NCBI GenBank assembly: GCA_021740045.1
Contig: JAIPAP010000001.1
Span: 11,817-75,816 of the forward strand
Length of the DNA stretch: 64,000 nt
DNA from: Bacteroidales bacterium
GTDB taxonomy: Bacteria > Bacteroidota > Bacteroidia > Bacteroidales > JAIPAP01
Direction of reading: 5' to 3'
Part shown: positions 48,195 to 58,805 of the stretch, piece after piece
Layout: each line of letters opens with the position of its first letter
Numbering within the stretch: position 1 is the stretch's first letter
The notes under the pieces: generated by a model
Database searches by the model: none
Told to the model about the DNA's origin: nothing
The model's input: only the letters and a program-made list of their open reading frames with translations
Made by a program: the position numbers and the translations under genes

Positions 48195-49214
48195 ATGGAT
48201 ATACAGCAGGACATATCCCTAAAATCATGGCATACCTTTGCCACCGAAGCCCGGGCGAAATATTTCGTACGTATCCATAATGCCGAAGATATCCCTATGC
48301 TTTTGAAAGATAACCGATTTGCTTCTCACCGCCACAACTTATGGCTTGGCGGAGGCAGTAATGTGCTGTTTACCGGCGATTTTGATGGAACGGTTGTTCA
48401 GCTTGGGATGAAGGGAGTAGAAGTAGAGGCTGAAAGTTCAGAATATATCTGGCTTAGAGCAGAGGGTGGTGAAAACTGGGATGACCTGGTAAAACACACC
48501 CTATTGCAAGGATGGGGAGGATTGGAAAACCTTTCAATGATACCCGGTAATGTGGGAACCAGCCCGGTACAAAATATCGGCGCTTATGGCCGGGAGCTAA
48601 AGGATGTATTCGATCACCTTATTGCCTACGATCTGGTGGAACATAAGATAGTCCGTTTTAACAAAGCGGATTGCCAATTTGGCTACCGCGATAGCATTTT
48701 CAAAAGGAAATATAAGAATCGCATGATCATCCTCTCCGTTGTTTTCCGGTTGATGAAAAAGCCGGTGATTGAGATCAGTTATGGAGGCTTGAAACGTGAA
48801 ATTGAAAAGATGGGTATCGCAGATCCAGGCATTAAGGATGTCAGCCAGGCGGTCAGGAAAATCCGTATGGAAAAGCTCCCCCATCCTGATGAGCTGGGCA
48901 ATGCCGGCAGCTTTTTTAAAAACCCGGTGGTTGATGCCGGTACTCATCAAAACTTAAAATCCCGGTTTCCGGAGATGGTCACATTTCCAATAGAGGATTA
49001 TCAATTCAAGATCGCCGCTGGCTGGATGATCGATTACCTGGGTTGGCGCGGTTATCGTGAAGGTGATGCCGGGGTGCATGATAAACAGGCTTTGGTGTTG
49101 GTTAATTACGGGAATGCCCGCGGGATGGATATTTATCAGCTTTCAAAAAAGATTCAAGCATCCGTTAAAGAAGAATTTGGAATAGAATTGCAGCCAGAAG
49201 TGAATATATACTGA
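48195..49214 (+). CDS. murB: UDP-N-acetylmuramate dehydrogenase
   Basis: FAD-binding 'LWLGGGSNVLFTG', 'PGNVGTSPVQNIGAYG', and the C-terminal 'AAGWMIDYLGWRG' substrate domain. Confidence 0.9.
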   Translation: MDIQQDISLKSWHTFATEARAKYFVRIHNAEDIPMLLKDNRFASHRHNLWLGGGSNVLFTGDFDGTVVQLGMKGVEVEAESSEYIWLRAEGGENWDDLVKHTLLQGWGGLENLSMIPGNVGTSPVQNIGAYGRELKDVFDHLIAYDLVEHKIVRFNKADCQFGYRDSIFKRKYKNRMIILSVVFRLMKKPVIEISYGGLKREIEKMGIADPGIKDVSQAVRKIRMEKLPHPDELGNAGSFFKNPVVDAGTHQNLKSRFPEMVTFPIEDYQFKIAAGWMIDYLGWRGYREGDAGVHDKQALVLVNYGNARGMDIYQLSKKIQASVKEEFGIELQPEVNIY

Positions 49215-49215
49215 T

Positions 49216-49974
49216 ATGGAATCGATCATTGACCATGACCTTGTTTTTGAACCCTTAACGGAACAATACCCGATTCGCTCCTATGATGTCGACTTAACAA
49301 ATCGTGTAAAGCTTTCCACCTTATTTGGCTTTTCACAGGAAATAGCCTATCAGCATGCCAAACAGTTAGGTGTAGGTCCCATGCATCTTCATGAGGATGG
49401 AAACATGTGGGTGTTATCGAGAGTTTTGATCCGGGTAGAGCGCTATGCAATATGGCGCGAACTGCTGAACGTCAGCACCCAGCCTACGGGCTTAAATGGG
49501 GTTTTTGCTTTGCGGAATTTTGAGTTCCGCGATCAGTCGAAAACTCTTATAGCAACGGCGTCAACTGCATGGCTGGTTGTTTGCGCCAAAAGCCGAAGGC
49601 CTCAGCGCCCCAGCTATTTGCAACAGAAAATGGGCATGGAAATGGATATGGATGCGCCGCTGAACAGTTTGGAAAAAGTTCCAGAACCTGAGGCTCTGAA
49701 GAATTGCCACACGCATCAGGTGCGCTATTCCGACCTGGATATGCTGAGGCATGTAAATAACACCCGTTATATCGAATGGTTATGTAATTGTTTTCATCCT
49801 GATTTCTTTACGGAAAAGCATATCAATCAATTAAACATAAACTTTTTGCATGAATCGAAGTTTGGGGAGGAGATCCTGCTGGCCAAACATATTGATGGCA
49901 AACAGGCTATTATTCAGGGCGTTAAACAAAGTAATTCATTACCGGCATTCAGGGCAAAACTAAACTGGGAATAA
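49216..49974 (+). CDS. acyl-ACP thioesterase
   Basis: Double hot-dog architecture. 'YPIRSYDVDLTNRVKLSTLFGFSQEIA' and 'HQVRYSDLDMLRHVNNTRYIEW' mark the two repeats. Confidence 0.8.
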   Translation: MESIIDHDLVFEPLTEQYPIRSYDVDLTNRVKLSTLFGFSQEIAYQHAKQLGVGPMHLHEDGNMWVLSRVLIRVERYAIWRELLNVSTQPTGLNGVFALRNFEFRDQSKTLIATASTAWLVVCAKSRRPQRPSYLQQKMGMEMDMDAPLNSLEKVPEPEALKNCHTHQVRYSDLDMLRHVNNTRYIEWLCNCFHPDFFTEKHINQLNINFLHESKFGEEILLAKHIDGKQAIIQGVKQSNSLPAFRAKLNWE

Positions 49975-49980
49975 CCGCTA

Positions 49981-51108
49981 TCAGGACTTCAGTGCTTTCT
50001 CGATGGTATTCCAAAGCCGCTCGGCCGATTTTTGCCAGGTAAACATCTTTCGCCGCTGCCGTCCTTTTTGGATCAAATCATCCCTTAATTTATTATCAGT
50101 AGCGATCTTATTCATGGCGTGGGCAATCTGATCGGGTTTAAATGGGTCTACGATTAATGCAGCATCACCGGCCACTTCAGGCATCGAGGTTACATTAGCG
50201 GTAATAACAGGCGTGTCGCAATAAAAAGCTTCCACGATAGGAATACCAAAACCTTCAAAATAGGAAACATATGTGAGTGCCAATGCCGAACCCATTGCAT
50301 TGCGGAGCTTTTCGGGATTGAGCCTTCCGGCAAAAACCACGTCTTTTCTGTAGCGCATGTTTTCGTAAGTGTCCCTGATCTCGGGGGTCCACCATTTTTT
50401 TGCACCGACTATAAGAAGTTTAATAGCTTTTTCATCTTTGCTTTTAAATTGATCGAAGGCTTTGAACAGGTTTACCAAGTTCTTGCGGGGATGAAGGGCT
50501 CCGATAAAAATAAAATAATCGCTGTTTTCAGTGAATTCCTGCCTGGTTTTATCCTTAATCTCGTTATTCAATGGTTCATACAAGTTGTTAGCGCCATTAT
50601 AAACCACATCGATCTTATCGGGCTCCACATGATATTGTTTCACAATGTCGCGCCTTGAAAAATGCGATACCGTAGCTATCCGGGTTGCTTTATGGGCGTA
50701 TTTGGGAAAAAAGTGTCGATAAAACTTACGCTCGATCCAGGGGAGGTCTTCCGGGTAATGCTCAAAATTCAGATCATGAAAAACATTCACCGATTTTACT
50801 TTTGTGGTTAATGACAAATAGCCATCAGTGGACAAAAACAAATCGGCTTTAAGCTTTCGAAGCATAATGGGAATAGAGATATTGAACCAGGTGTAGTATA
50901 AAATAGGGTGCCTGGCCTGCGGCCCAATTTTAACCGGTGTAACATTAGATGAAAACACAAATTCATCATCATAGTCCCGGTCGAAGATAAAAAAGAATTG
51001 ATGCTCAGGGTGTTGTTCGGTTATCCGTTTTAAGGTTTCATAGGTAAACCAACCGATGCCCTCGAGCTTGTTCTTTAACAAAAGGCGTGTATTAACAGCT
51101 ATTCTCAA
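49981..51108 (-). CDS. glycosyltransferase family 4
   Basis: EX7E motif 'EGFGIPIVEA' in the C-terminal Rossmann domain. Confidence 0.85.
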   Translation of the reverse strand: MRIAVNTRLLLKNKLEGIGWFTYETLKRITEQHPEHQFFFIFDRDYDDEFVFSSNVTPVKIGPQARHPILYYTWFNISIPIMLRKLKADLFLSTDGYLSLTTKVKSVNVFHDLNFEHYPEDLPWIERKFYRHFFPKYAHKATRIATVSHFSRRDIVKQYHVEPDKIDVVYNGANNLYEPLNNEIKDKTRQEFTENSDYFIFIGALHPRKNLVNLFKAFDQFKSKDEKAIKLLIVGAKKWWTPEIRDTYENMRYRKDVVFAGRLNPEKLRNAMGSALALTYVSYFEGFGIPIVEAFYCDTPVITANVTSMPEVAGDAALIVDPFKPDQIAHAMNKIATDNKLRDDLIQKGRQRRKMFTWQKSAERLWNTIEKALKS

Positions 51109-51172
51109 TGTCGGCCCATTTTAATTCAGGCTGCAAAAATATATTTTTTTGAATACCAAAGCTCTTTATAAA

Positions 51173-52123
51173 CTATAGCTCCAGCCAGAAATCCAGATCC
51201 CTGCCTATGAGCTTTCCGGTTCGCGTAATGTCATGGCGGTATACATCTTTCAGGAACTGTTTGTCATCCTCTTCCATAACCGGTTTATCGGCGTCGCTGC
51301 TCGAGAAATAGACATTTTTCAGCTTATCGGCAGTTTGGTTGGGTAGCGCCTTATTTAACGCGGTTTTGATTCCCAGGTCGGCCAGTAATTTATTCAGCCA
51401 TTTAAATTTTGGGATGCGGGCTTCATTGTGCTTCTCCTCTGTTTCAATGACTTCGGGAGTTACCCCTAAAAACTGTTGAATAGCCCTGATCAATTCGAAA
51501 GGCTTTTCCCTGAGATCATCATATAAGTATACCTTAATTTGATCATGGGGAAACTGACGGTAATACCGGTTAAGCTGCTCATAGTATTGCCCCAGCTCAA
51601 TGAACAGCTCGGATATGCCCCATCCTTTAACCGGTTGACGCATATCTTCTTCGAGCGCCTGATGAAATCCCAAACGGGTGTATCCGTAGCGGAGGGCCAT
51701 CAAATAATGTGAAAAAGCCCTTTCAATCGGATTTCGTAGTATAGCAATAATACGGCTGTTAGGATTAAAGTGTTTGATATTGGATGCAGCTTCGGTGGAA
51801 AACAGGTAGGATGTGCTGCACTCTCCCACAGCCTGTTCGCCTTTTGCACCGCTGAACAAGGCTTCATATTGTCCCCTGTCGCGAATAAAGGATAGCTGAA
51901 GCTTGGGTAATTCTTCATTGCTGAAATAGCTCTCGGCATCCAGGTGATTGTTTTTCCGGTAGGTAGGGGAGAAGTTTTCAACCTTGATGTCAGTCGAAAA
52001 ATAATTAGGCTCCTTTATGGGGCTGAAATAAATATCGGGATGCTGGTTAAGATATTCATATAAGGACGTTGTCCCGGATTTTGCGGCTCCTATGATGAAG
52101 AAATTAGGTTTTTGCATTTTCAA
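51173..52123 (-). CDS. PAPS-dependent sulfotransferase
   Basis: 5'-PSB loop 'IIGAAKSGTTSL' and 3'-PB motif 'ILRNPIERAFSHY'. Confidence 0.85.
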   Translation of the reverse strand: MKMQKPNFFIIGAAKSGTTSLYEYLNQHPDIYFSPIKEPNYFSTDIKVENFSPTYRKNNHLDAESYFSNEELPKLQLSFIRDRGQYEALFSGAKGEQAVGECSTSYLFSTEAASNIKHFNPNSRIIAILRNPIERAFSHYLMALRYGYTRLGFHQALEEDMRQPVKGWGISELFIELGQYYEQLNRYYRQFPHDQIKVYLYDDLREKPFELIRAIQQFLGVTPEVIETEEKHNEARIPKFKWLNKLLADLGIKTALNKALPNQTADKLKNVYFSSSDADKPVMEEDDKQFLKDVYRHDITRTGKLIGRDLDFWLEL

Positions 52124-52127
52124 TAAC

Positions 52128-53534
52128 TCATATTTTTACCGGGAACGTAAAAAACCCATACACTCTGTAAATATACAATATAGCAATCGAATTCCAAAGT
52201 ATTGTCGAGCTTGCCGTTGCTATAGCTGCACCATTAATCCCGTACCGGGGTATCAGCACATAATTCAATATCAGGTTAACGATAACACCTATGGTTAGTA
52301 TATTTCTGCCCACTTTTTCTTTCCGGGTCATGTGAAGGACATTCATGGTGGAGCCGGCAAAGGCGTTGAATGCCTGGCCTGCCACCAGGATGAGCAAGGC
52401 GGTTGTTCCGGGAATGAAGTCTTCACCGAAAATGGAAAGCAGGAATCCGGGTAATGCTACAATGATGATAAATACCGGAAACGAGATAACGAAGCTCAAT
52501 AAACTGGTTTGTTTTACCAGCTTCCTGAATTGTGTATGATCATTCTGGCTAAATAGCTCTGCAAATTTGGGAGCTGCAATGCTGTTGATGGCTGTTAGGG
52601 CCACCGAGTTTAATGCAGCTATTTTAAGGGCCGTATTGTAAATACCAACCGCATCTTCTTCGATGAAAGCACTTAACATCAGGGTGTCGGTCCAGTTCAT
52701 AACCAGGAAAAGGGAATTGGAAAGCAACATGGGAAAGGAAACCTTTAATATGCTACTCACATTAAGGCCTGATGAACCGGTAGCCATTTCATTACCGGTA
52801 AACTGATGAAGTTGTTTTCGTACCGTAAAAAAGCTGAATATGAAAAGGATGAAAATTCCCAGGCTTAATGAAGGTATTATCACCTCGGGTGTGCGGAAGA
52901 TAAGGAAGAAGATCAGCAATAGCACCAGCATGCTAAAATAAGCAGAGCTATTTTGAAACAATGAAAACAATGTGATCTTCTTCATTCCCCTTAATGATTC
53001 GGAGTTAAAACTCATTTGTCCCAATGGAATGATGGTTATGGCAATTATTTGAAGCAGGTAGGCTTTATCGGTTGTATCAAAAAAGAGTTTGCTTAAAGGC
53101 TTGGAAAATAAAAAAATTAAACCGGCACTAATGACCGAGCCGGCTAAAACAATAAGTGCCCCGGTCCGGTATAATGACTTTAGTTCACTAAGCTTTTTAC
53201 CGGCGATGGTTTCGGCTATGAATTTAACAATGGCCGTATCAAGCCCGATTTTTCCCAATACCGCGCCTATCATCAATACTGTCCAGCAGGTGTTAAAAAT
53301 TCCCAGGTGAGTGGGGCTAAAAAGCCGTCCGATCGTGAAGAAGAGCAAATAGGTGAACACAATGCTAGCGCCCTTGAATACCATGGCTGTGGCCCCGCCC
53401 CTGATCAGTTCGGTAAGGTGAAGATCTTGTTTTATTTTGTTGAAGTCTATCAATTCAGCCTTTTGATCCTGCAAAGTTAATAAAGTCTGGTTCATGGTAG
53501 TTTTATGTGATGCCGTAATACAGTCGGAGCTCAT
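52128..53534 (-). CDS. oligosaccharide flippase (MOP/Wzx-type polysaccharide biosynthesis protein)
   Basis: About 12-14 TM helices, of Wzx/RfbX size. ATG 53495 ('MNQTLLTLQD') is an alternative start. Confidence 0.75.
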   Translation of the reverse strand: MSSDCITASHKTTMNQTLLTLQDQKAELIDFNKIKQDLHLTELIRGGATAMVFKGASIVFTYLLFFTIGRLFSPTHLGIFNTCWTVLMIGAVLGKIGLDTAIVKFIAETIAGKKLSELKSLYRTGALIVLAGSVISAGLIFLFSKPLSKLFFDTTDKAYLLQIIAITIIPLGQMSFNSESLRGMKKITLFSLFQNSSAYFSMLVLLLIFFLIFRTPEVIIPSLSLGIFILFIFSFFTVRKQLHQFTGNEMATGSSGLNVSSILKVSFPMLLSNSLFLVMNWTDTLMLSAFIEEDAVGIYNTALKIAALNSVALTAINSIAAPKFAELFSQNDHTQFRKLVKQTSLLSFVISFPVFIIIVALPGFLLSIFGEDFIPGTTALLILVAGQAFNAFAGSTMNVLHMTRKEKVGRNILTIGVIVNLILNYVLIPRYGINGAAIATASSTILWNSIAILYIYRVYGFFTFPVKI

Positions 53535-53645
53535 AAAATGTACTGGAAAGAGGATATATAGCTTAACAATATTTAATTCTTAAAGTCGATTGGTTCATAT
53601 GTGAAAATTTTCTAATTTTGGCCGTTTCAAAACGCTTTGGGATAT

Positions 53646-54701
53646 ATGAATAGAAACCAGAATGACAAAAAAGAGTTCGATACGTCGAATCTGATGCTCT
53701 TCCTCTATAAGTGGCGTTATGTTCTATTGGTCATTGCAATGGTATCAATAGCAGCTTCCGTTATTTTTTCATCTCCTGTTTTTATCACTCCAAAATACAA
53801 GTCAACTGTAATTATGTTTCCTGTTTCCAGTAATTCCATTTCAAAAGCTTTGCTTTCTGATCAACCCGGAACTACACAGGATATTTTGGAATTCGGAGAA
53901 GATGAGCAAACCGAACAGATGCTTCAGATCCTTAACTCCAGCAAGATCAGGGGCCGGATTATCGAAAAATATGATCTAATGGATCATTATGAGATCGATC
54001 CGGATGCCCGGTACAAAAAGACCAAGCTTTACAATGAATACGAAAGCAACATCACTTTTGAGAGGACAGAGTACATGGCCGTAGAGATCTCTGTATTGGA
54101 CAAGGACGCCGAATTGGCAGCCCGCATCGCCAATGATATTGCCAATCTTCTCGATTCCACCAAGAATCAAATGAAGAAAGAAAGGGCAACCAAGGGCTTT
54201 GAGATCGTGAAGGATAAATACCTGAACCTGAAAAAAGAGATCCGCGAAAAAGAAGATTCACTTACCAAACTGCGGCAAATGGGGGTGCATGAGTATGAAT
54301 CGCAGGTAGAGATGCTCAATCAGCAATATGCAATTGAGATTGCCGAAGGTAATCAGCGAGGCATTCGTGCATTGGAAAAGAAACTGGATATCCTGGCCGA
54401 TTATGGCGGGGCTTACGTTTCCCTGCGCGATGCACTCGAGCATGAACGAAAGCAGCTTAGCGAATTGCGGGAAAGGTACGAGGAGGCCAAGGCTGATGCT
54501 GAGGAAGTACTACCGCAAAAATTTGTGGTTGACCGGGCCTATAAAGCTGAAAAGAAATCATATCCCAAGCGGTGGCTAATCGTTATTATTTCGCTGGTGG
54601 GCTCATTGATAATAGGCTCTCTTGTGATCGTTCTGGTCGAAAACTTTAAGCGTTTAAATGAAGCTATCAAGCACCATAGTAAAAAATCCAAATTTAGTTG
54701 A
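53646..54701 (+). CDS. Wzz/PCP-like chain-length determinant protein (no kinase domain)
   Basis: N-terminal TM helix, a long coiled-coil periplasmic region, and 'YPKRWLIVIISLVG' pro-rich motif plus C-terminal TM helix. ATG 53646 is preferred over TTG 53637. Confidence 0.7.
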   Translation: MNRNQNDKKEFDTSNLMLFLYKWRYVLLVIAMVSIAASVIFSSPVFITPKYKSTVIMFPVSSNSISKALLSDQPGTTQDILEFGEDEQTEQMLQILNSSKIRGRIIEKYDLMDHYEIDPDARYKKTKLYNEYESNITFERTEYMAVEISVLDKDAELAARIANDIANLLDSTKNQMKKERATKGFEIVKDKYLNLKKEIREKEDSLTKLRQMGVHEYESQVEMLNQQYAIEIAEGNQRGIRALEKKLDILADYGGAYVSLRDALEHERKQLSELRERYEEAKADAEEVLPQKFVVDRAYKAEKKSYPKRWLIVIISLVGSLIIGSLVIVLVENFKRLNEAIKHHSKKSKFS

Positions 54702-54704
54702 ACA

Positions 54705-55676
54705 ATGGAAAATTACTTCAATAATCTCAACCTCCTGAAACTGGTCCTCAAATGGAAATGGCATTTGGTGGTGATAGTAATCATTGCCGGGATATTGGCT
54801 GTTATATTTTCCGGCAAGCAATTCATCACCCCAAAATTCAAAGCAACCGCCATTGTTTATCCATCGAACATCGAACCCTACTCGGATGAAAGCGAGACCG
54901 AACAAATGTTGCAATGGTTTAATTCAAAAGATATTAAGGATAGTGTGATTGATAAGTTCAACCTGGGTGATCATTACAAAATTAAACCGGGCAACAAGTA
55001 TTACCGGACTGTTTTGCTCAATGAGTATAAAGAGAATGTCAGCATTAGCAAAACACAGTATGAATCGGTGGAAATCGAGGTAATGGATAAAAACCCCGAA
55101 ATGGCCCATAAGATGGTGAATGCTATCATCCATTTCTTCAATAAAAAAGTAAGGCATATTCAAACGGAGAAATTTGAAGAGATGGTTGAGGTCAACCGAA
55201 AGATGCTCAAGCTTAAGGAAGAAGAGCTCGATTCTGTAAAGGGGCGTTTAAGGGAACTCAGCCAGAGATATGAACTGGTTGATTATATAAGCCAGGCATC
55301 CGAAGTAACAAAAGGTCATTTGGGAACGGTTGAAGGTAGCGGTGCAAGGATCAATAAGCAAGCGGTAAGGGATTTGAAAGAAAATCTCGAGGAGCATGGA
55401 AGTGAACTCTTGCTTACACAAGAACGCTTTAGCAGCCTAACCAATGAATACCATGAAGCTAAAAAGCTGTATGATGAAGCCTTGCGCTATGCCAATAGGG
55501 AGTTCACTTACACCAACATGGTAACTTCACCCGAGGTGCCCGACCGTAAAGCCTATCCCAAGCGCTGGCTGATATTGCTTTATGCGGTTGTTGGGGCTTT
55601 CTTAATGGCGCTCATCATCATTTCAATAATCGAAAATAAACACATTGCCCAGGAGCTTAAGAAAGAAGACGAATAA
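54705..55676 (+). CDS. second Wzz/PCP-like chain-length determinant (tandem paralogue)
   Basis: Same architecture as the preceding gene, with matching motifs ('FITPK(Y/F)K(S/A)T', 'YPKRWL'). Confidence 0.7.
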   Translation: MENYFNNLNLLKLVLKWKWHLVVIVIIAGILAVIFSGKQFITPKFKATAIVYPSNIEPYSDESETEQMLQWFNSKDIKDSVIDKFNLGDHYKIKPGNKYYRTVLLNEYKENVSISKTQYESVEIEVMDKNPEMAHKMVNAIIHFFNKKVRHIQTEKFEEMVEVNRKMLKLKEEELDSVKGRLRELSQRYELVDYISQASEVTKGHLGTVEGSGARINKQAVRDLKENLEEHGSELLLTQERFSSLTNEYHEAKKLYDEALRYANREFTYTNMVTSPEVPDRKAYPKRWLILLYAVVGAFLMALIIISIIENKHIAQELKKEDE

Positions 55677-55690
55677 AAAGGGAACAAGCA

Positions 55691-57151
55691 TTGTCAGACA
55701 CACTAAAGAAATACTGGATATACGGCATTAGTTTTCTGTTCATTGGCATAAACACCTACCTGCTGGCCAATGAGCATTTCTGGGGGATTATTCTTCCGGT
55801 TTTAGCGCTGCTGGCTGTGTTGTACGTTTTTGCGCTGGATAAAGTCCTATACCTTGTGGTTTTTCTTACCCCTATAGCGATTAATTTTACCAATTTCGAT
55901 GCGCGGTTGGGGGTGTCCATACCCACCGAGCCGCTGTTGTTTGGGGTAATGATTATTTTTTTACTCAAGATGCTTTATGAACAGAATTATGAAAATCGCA
56001 TATTAAGGCATCCCGTTACCATTGCCATTATCATAAATCTGATTTGGATATTCTTTACCAGCATCACCAGCGAGATACCTGTGGTTTCATTCAAATATCT
56101 TGTGGCCAGGCTTTGGTTTGTGATCCCGTTGTATTTTATGGGTATTCTCCTGTTCAGAGAATACAAAAATATCAAGATCTTCCCCTGGCTCTATGTTATT
56201 CCTTTAATGGGGGTAATTGTATACGCTACCATAAATCATGCAACATTTGGTTTTACCAAGGAATCGGCGCATTGGTCGATGAAGCCTTTTTATAATGATC
56301 ACACCGAATATGGAGCTGTTATTTCAATCTTTATTCCGGTGTTTTTCGGGTATATTTTAAATCCAAAGCATACCTTGAAAAAGAAGCTTTTTTCAACCCT
56401 CGTTACGGTTGTCTTGCTCACTGCTCTGGTATTGTCAAACAGTCGGGCAGCGTGGTTGAGTGTAGCAGCTGCCATCGGTGTTTATTTTATTATATTGTTG
56501 CGTATCAAACTGAGGTGGGTCTTGTTGGCTGCCGGAGTCATTATCGGTTTATTCTTTGGATTCCGATACCAGATTGTGGAAGAGCTGGAGGAAAACAAAC
56601 AAGATTCTTCTGCCGATTTGGTAGAGCATGTTCAGTCCATCAGTAATATTTCATCCGATGCCTCGAACCTCGAGCGGATCAACCGCTGGCAATCAGCCAT
56701 ACGGATGTTTGAGGAGAGGCCATTTGTGGGATGGGGCCCGGGAACGTATCAATTTGTTTATGCCCCTTTCCAGCGTTCAAAGGAGCGAACTATCATCAGC
56801 ACCAATGCCGGCGACCGGGGAAATGCCCATAGTGAATATATCGGCCCGCTATCGGAGGAAGGGGTTTTGGGTATGCTAACTTTCCTGGCTATTGTTATAG
56901 CTGTTCTCTATACCGGCATCAGGGTTGCGGTGAGAGCAAAAGACAAGGAAGTAAGGTTGCTGAGCCTTGTTTTCATATTGGGCCTGATTACTTATTATGT
57001 GCATGGCACATTAAACAACTTTCTTACTTATGACAAGGCTTCCATACCATTCTGGGGGTTTACCGCCATTATTGTAGCTCTCGACCTTTATTACAAGAAC
57101 ACGGAGTCTATTGAAAAAGCCGATGACGTTAAAGAGGAACCACCGGCTTGA
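55691..57151 (+). CDS. O-antigen ligase / polymerase family (Wzy_C) membrane protein
   Basis: About 11 TM helices, 'SNSRAAWLSVAAAIG' and a periplasmic loop 'GWGPGTY'. Apparent TTG start. Confidence 0.8.
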   Translation: MSDTLKKYWIYGISFLFIGINTYLLANEHFWGIILPVLALLAVLYVFALDKVLYLVVFLTPIAINFTNFDARLGVSIPTEPLLFGVMIIFLLKMLYEQNYENRILRHPVTIAIIINLIWIFFTSITSEIPVVSFKYLVARLWFVIPLYFMGILLFREYKNIKIFPWLYVIPLMGVIVYATINHATFGFTKESAHWSMKPFYNDHTEYGAVISIFIPVFFGYILNPKHTLKKKLFSTLVTVVLLTALVLSNSRAAWLSVAAAIGVYFIILLRIKLRWVLLAAGVIIGLFFGFRYQIVEELEENKQDSSADLVEHVQSISNISSDASNLERINRWQSAIRMFEERPFVGWGPGTYQFVYAPFQRSKERTIISTNAGDRGNAHSEYIGPLSEEGVLGMLTFLAIVIAVLYTGIRVAVRAKDKEVRLLSLVFILGLITYYVHGTLNNFLTYDKASIPFWGFTAIIVALDLYYKNTESIEKADDVKEEPPA

Positions 57152-57178
57152 TCCATAGTTTTCATTAATTAGTGCTCT

Positions 57179-58111
57179 TTATTTTCCCATCTTTTTTATC
57201 AGTTCCGGGAGGTTTCGTAATGCGGCTAGTTCGCGCCACTTTTTGCCGGCTTCGCAGGCCGGGGTCCCAAAATACCTCTTTCCGGGCTCCAGGTTTTTAT
57301 CCACGGCCGATGCACCCAATACTTCAGCTCCTTTTCCAATTACCAGCTCTTTTTGCACGGCCACCTGACCCCAGAGTTTAACATCATCTTCAATGGTAGT
57401 AACACCGGCAATGACCACGGCGCTGGCAAACAAGCAATGTTTCTCCACTACCGTATCATGCCCTATTTGAATGTGGTTATCGAGCTTGGAACCCATGCCG
57501 ATGCGGGTAGTGCCCGATACGCCTTTATCGATGGTGCAACAGGCACCGATTTCAACATTGTCTTCGATCACCACATCACCACAAGATTCGAATTTCCGCC
57601 AGCCTTCCGGCTTACGCTGAAAATAAAAAGCATCGGCGCCAATTACGGTTCCGGAGTGAATGATTACGTTATCGCCTATCTTGCTGTGATCATATATGCT
57701 CACATTGGCATGAATAAGACAGTGTTTACCAATTTTCACATTATTCCCGATAAAAACACCGGGTTGGATCACAGTGCCTTGCCCTATCTCAGCTTTGTCG
57801 CTGATCATTTTTTTGGCCAGCTCAAAAGGCTTGAATTTTTTCACCAGCTTCACATAATCCCCAAAAGGATCGTCGGAAATGATCAATGCCTTACCGTTAG
57901 GGGCCTCTACCTTTTTATTTATAATTATAGTTGTGGCTGCCGAATTTAGCGCTTTATCATAATATTTGGGGTGATCTACAAAGGTAAGATCACCCTTTTC
58001 AACCATATGAATTTCATTCAAACCACTAACGATATGCTCTGCATTGCCAAGATATGGAGCATTCACCATTGCAGCGATATCTTCCAGTGTATGAGTGGGG
58101 TTTAGTTTCAT
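57179..58111 (-). CDS. lpxD: UDP-3-O-acylglucosamine N-acyltransferase, short paralogue
   Basis: LpxD-type N-terminal domain ('LEDIAAMVNAPYLGNAEHIVSGLNEI...GDLTFVDHPKY') followed by a hexapeptide LbH region. 310 aa. Confidence 0.8.
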   Translation of the reverse strand: MKLNPTHTLEDIAAMVNAPYLGNAEHIVSGLNEIHMVEKGDLTFVDHPKYYDKALNSAATTIIINKKVEAPNGKALIISDDPFGDYVKLVKKFKPFELAKKMISDKAEIGQGTVIQPGVFIGNNVKIGKHCLIHANVSIYDHSKIGDNVIIHSGTVIGADAFYFQRKPEGWRKFESCGDVVIEDNVEIGACCTIDKGVSGTTRIGMGSKLDNHIQIGHDTVVEKHCLFASAVVIAGVTTIEDDVKLWGQVAVQKELVIGKGAEVLGASAVDKNLEPGKRYFGTPACEAGKKWRELAALRNLPELIKKMGK

Positions 58112-58133
58112 TGTAAAATCCGGTTGGTTAATG

Positions 58134-58700
58134 CTATTCTTTTACGCGTTCGGCATATGCCCCGGTACGGGTATCAACTTTGATCTTTTCGCCTTGCTCC
58201 ACAAAAAGCGGTACATTAACAGTGGCTCCGGTTTCAACGGTGGCAGGCTTGAGGGTGTTGGTAGCTGTATCGCCTTTTACACCGGGTTCAGCATAAGTGA
58301 TCTCCATGGTCACAAAAGGCGGTAGCTCACATTGCAGCGGTGTTTCAGTATCGGCATGAAAGGTGATCTCAACTTCTTGTCCTTCTTTCAACAGTTGAGG
58401 TGCATTGATCAATTCTTCCGGTATGGATGTTTGCTCAAAAGTTTCGGTATGCATAAAATGATATCCGATATCGTCTTTAAACAAAAACTGATAAGGACGA
58501 CGCTCCACGCGTGCAACATCCACCTTTACGCCGGCATTAAAGGTATGTTGGATTACCTTGCCGGTTTTCAGGCTCTTGAGCTTGGTGCGAACAAAGGCCG
58601 ATCCCTTGCCGGGCTTCACATGTTGAAATTCAACGATGGTGTATAGATCACCATGCATCTCCAAACATAAACCATTTCTAAAATCAGCGGTTGTGGCCAT
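58134..58700 (-). CDS. efp: elongation factor P
   Basis: '[15 protein letters not shown]' motif. 188 aa. Confidence 0.95.
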   Translation of the reverse strand: MATTADFRNGLCLEMHGDLYTIVEFQHVKPGKGSAFVRTKLKSLKTGKVIQHTFNAGVKVDVARVERRPYQFLFKDDIGYHFMHTETFEQTSIPEELINAPQLLKEGQEVEITFHADTETPLQCELPPFVTMEITYAEPGVKGDTATNTLKPATVETGATVNVPLFVEQGEKIKVDTRTGAYAERVKE

Positions 58701-58805
58701 ATATTTATGTGTGTTTTATTTTTTGAATTAATTTTTGCGAGGTGCAAAACTACACTAAAAAATTGAATGTGCAAACCTTACAACGATCAGCCAAACAGGA
58801 TAGTA

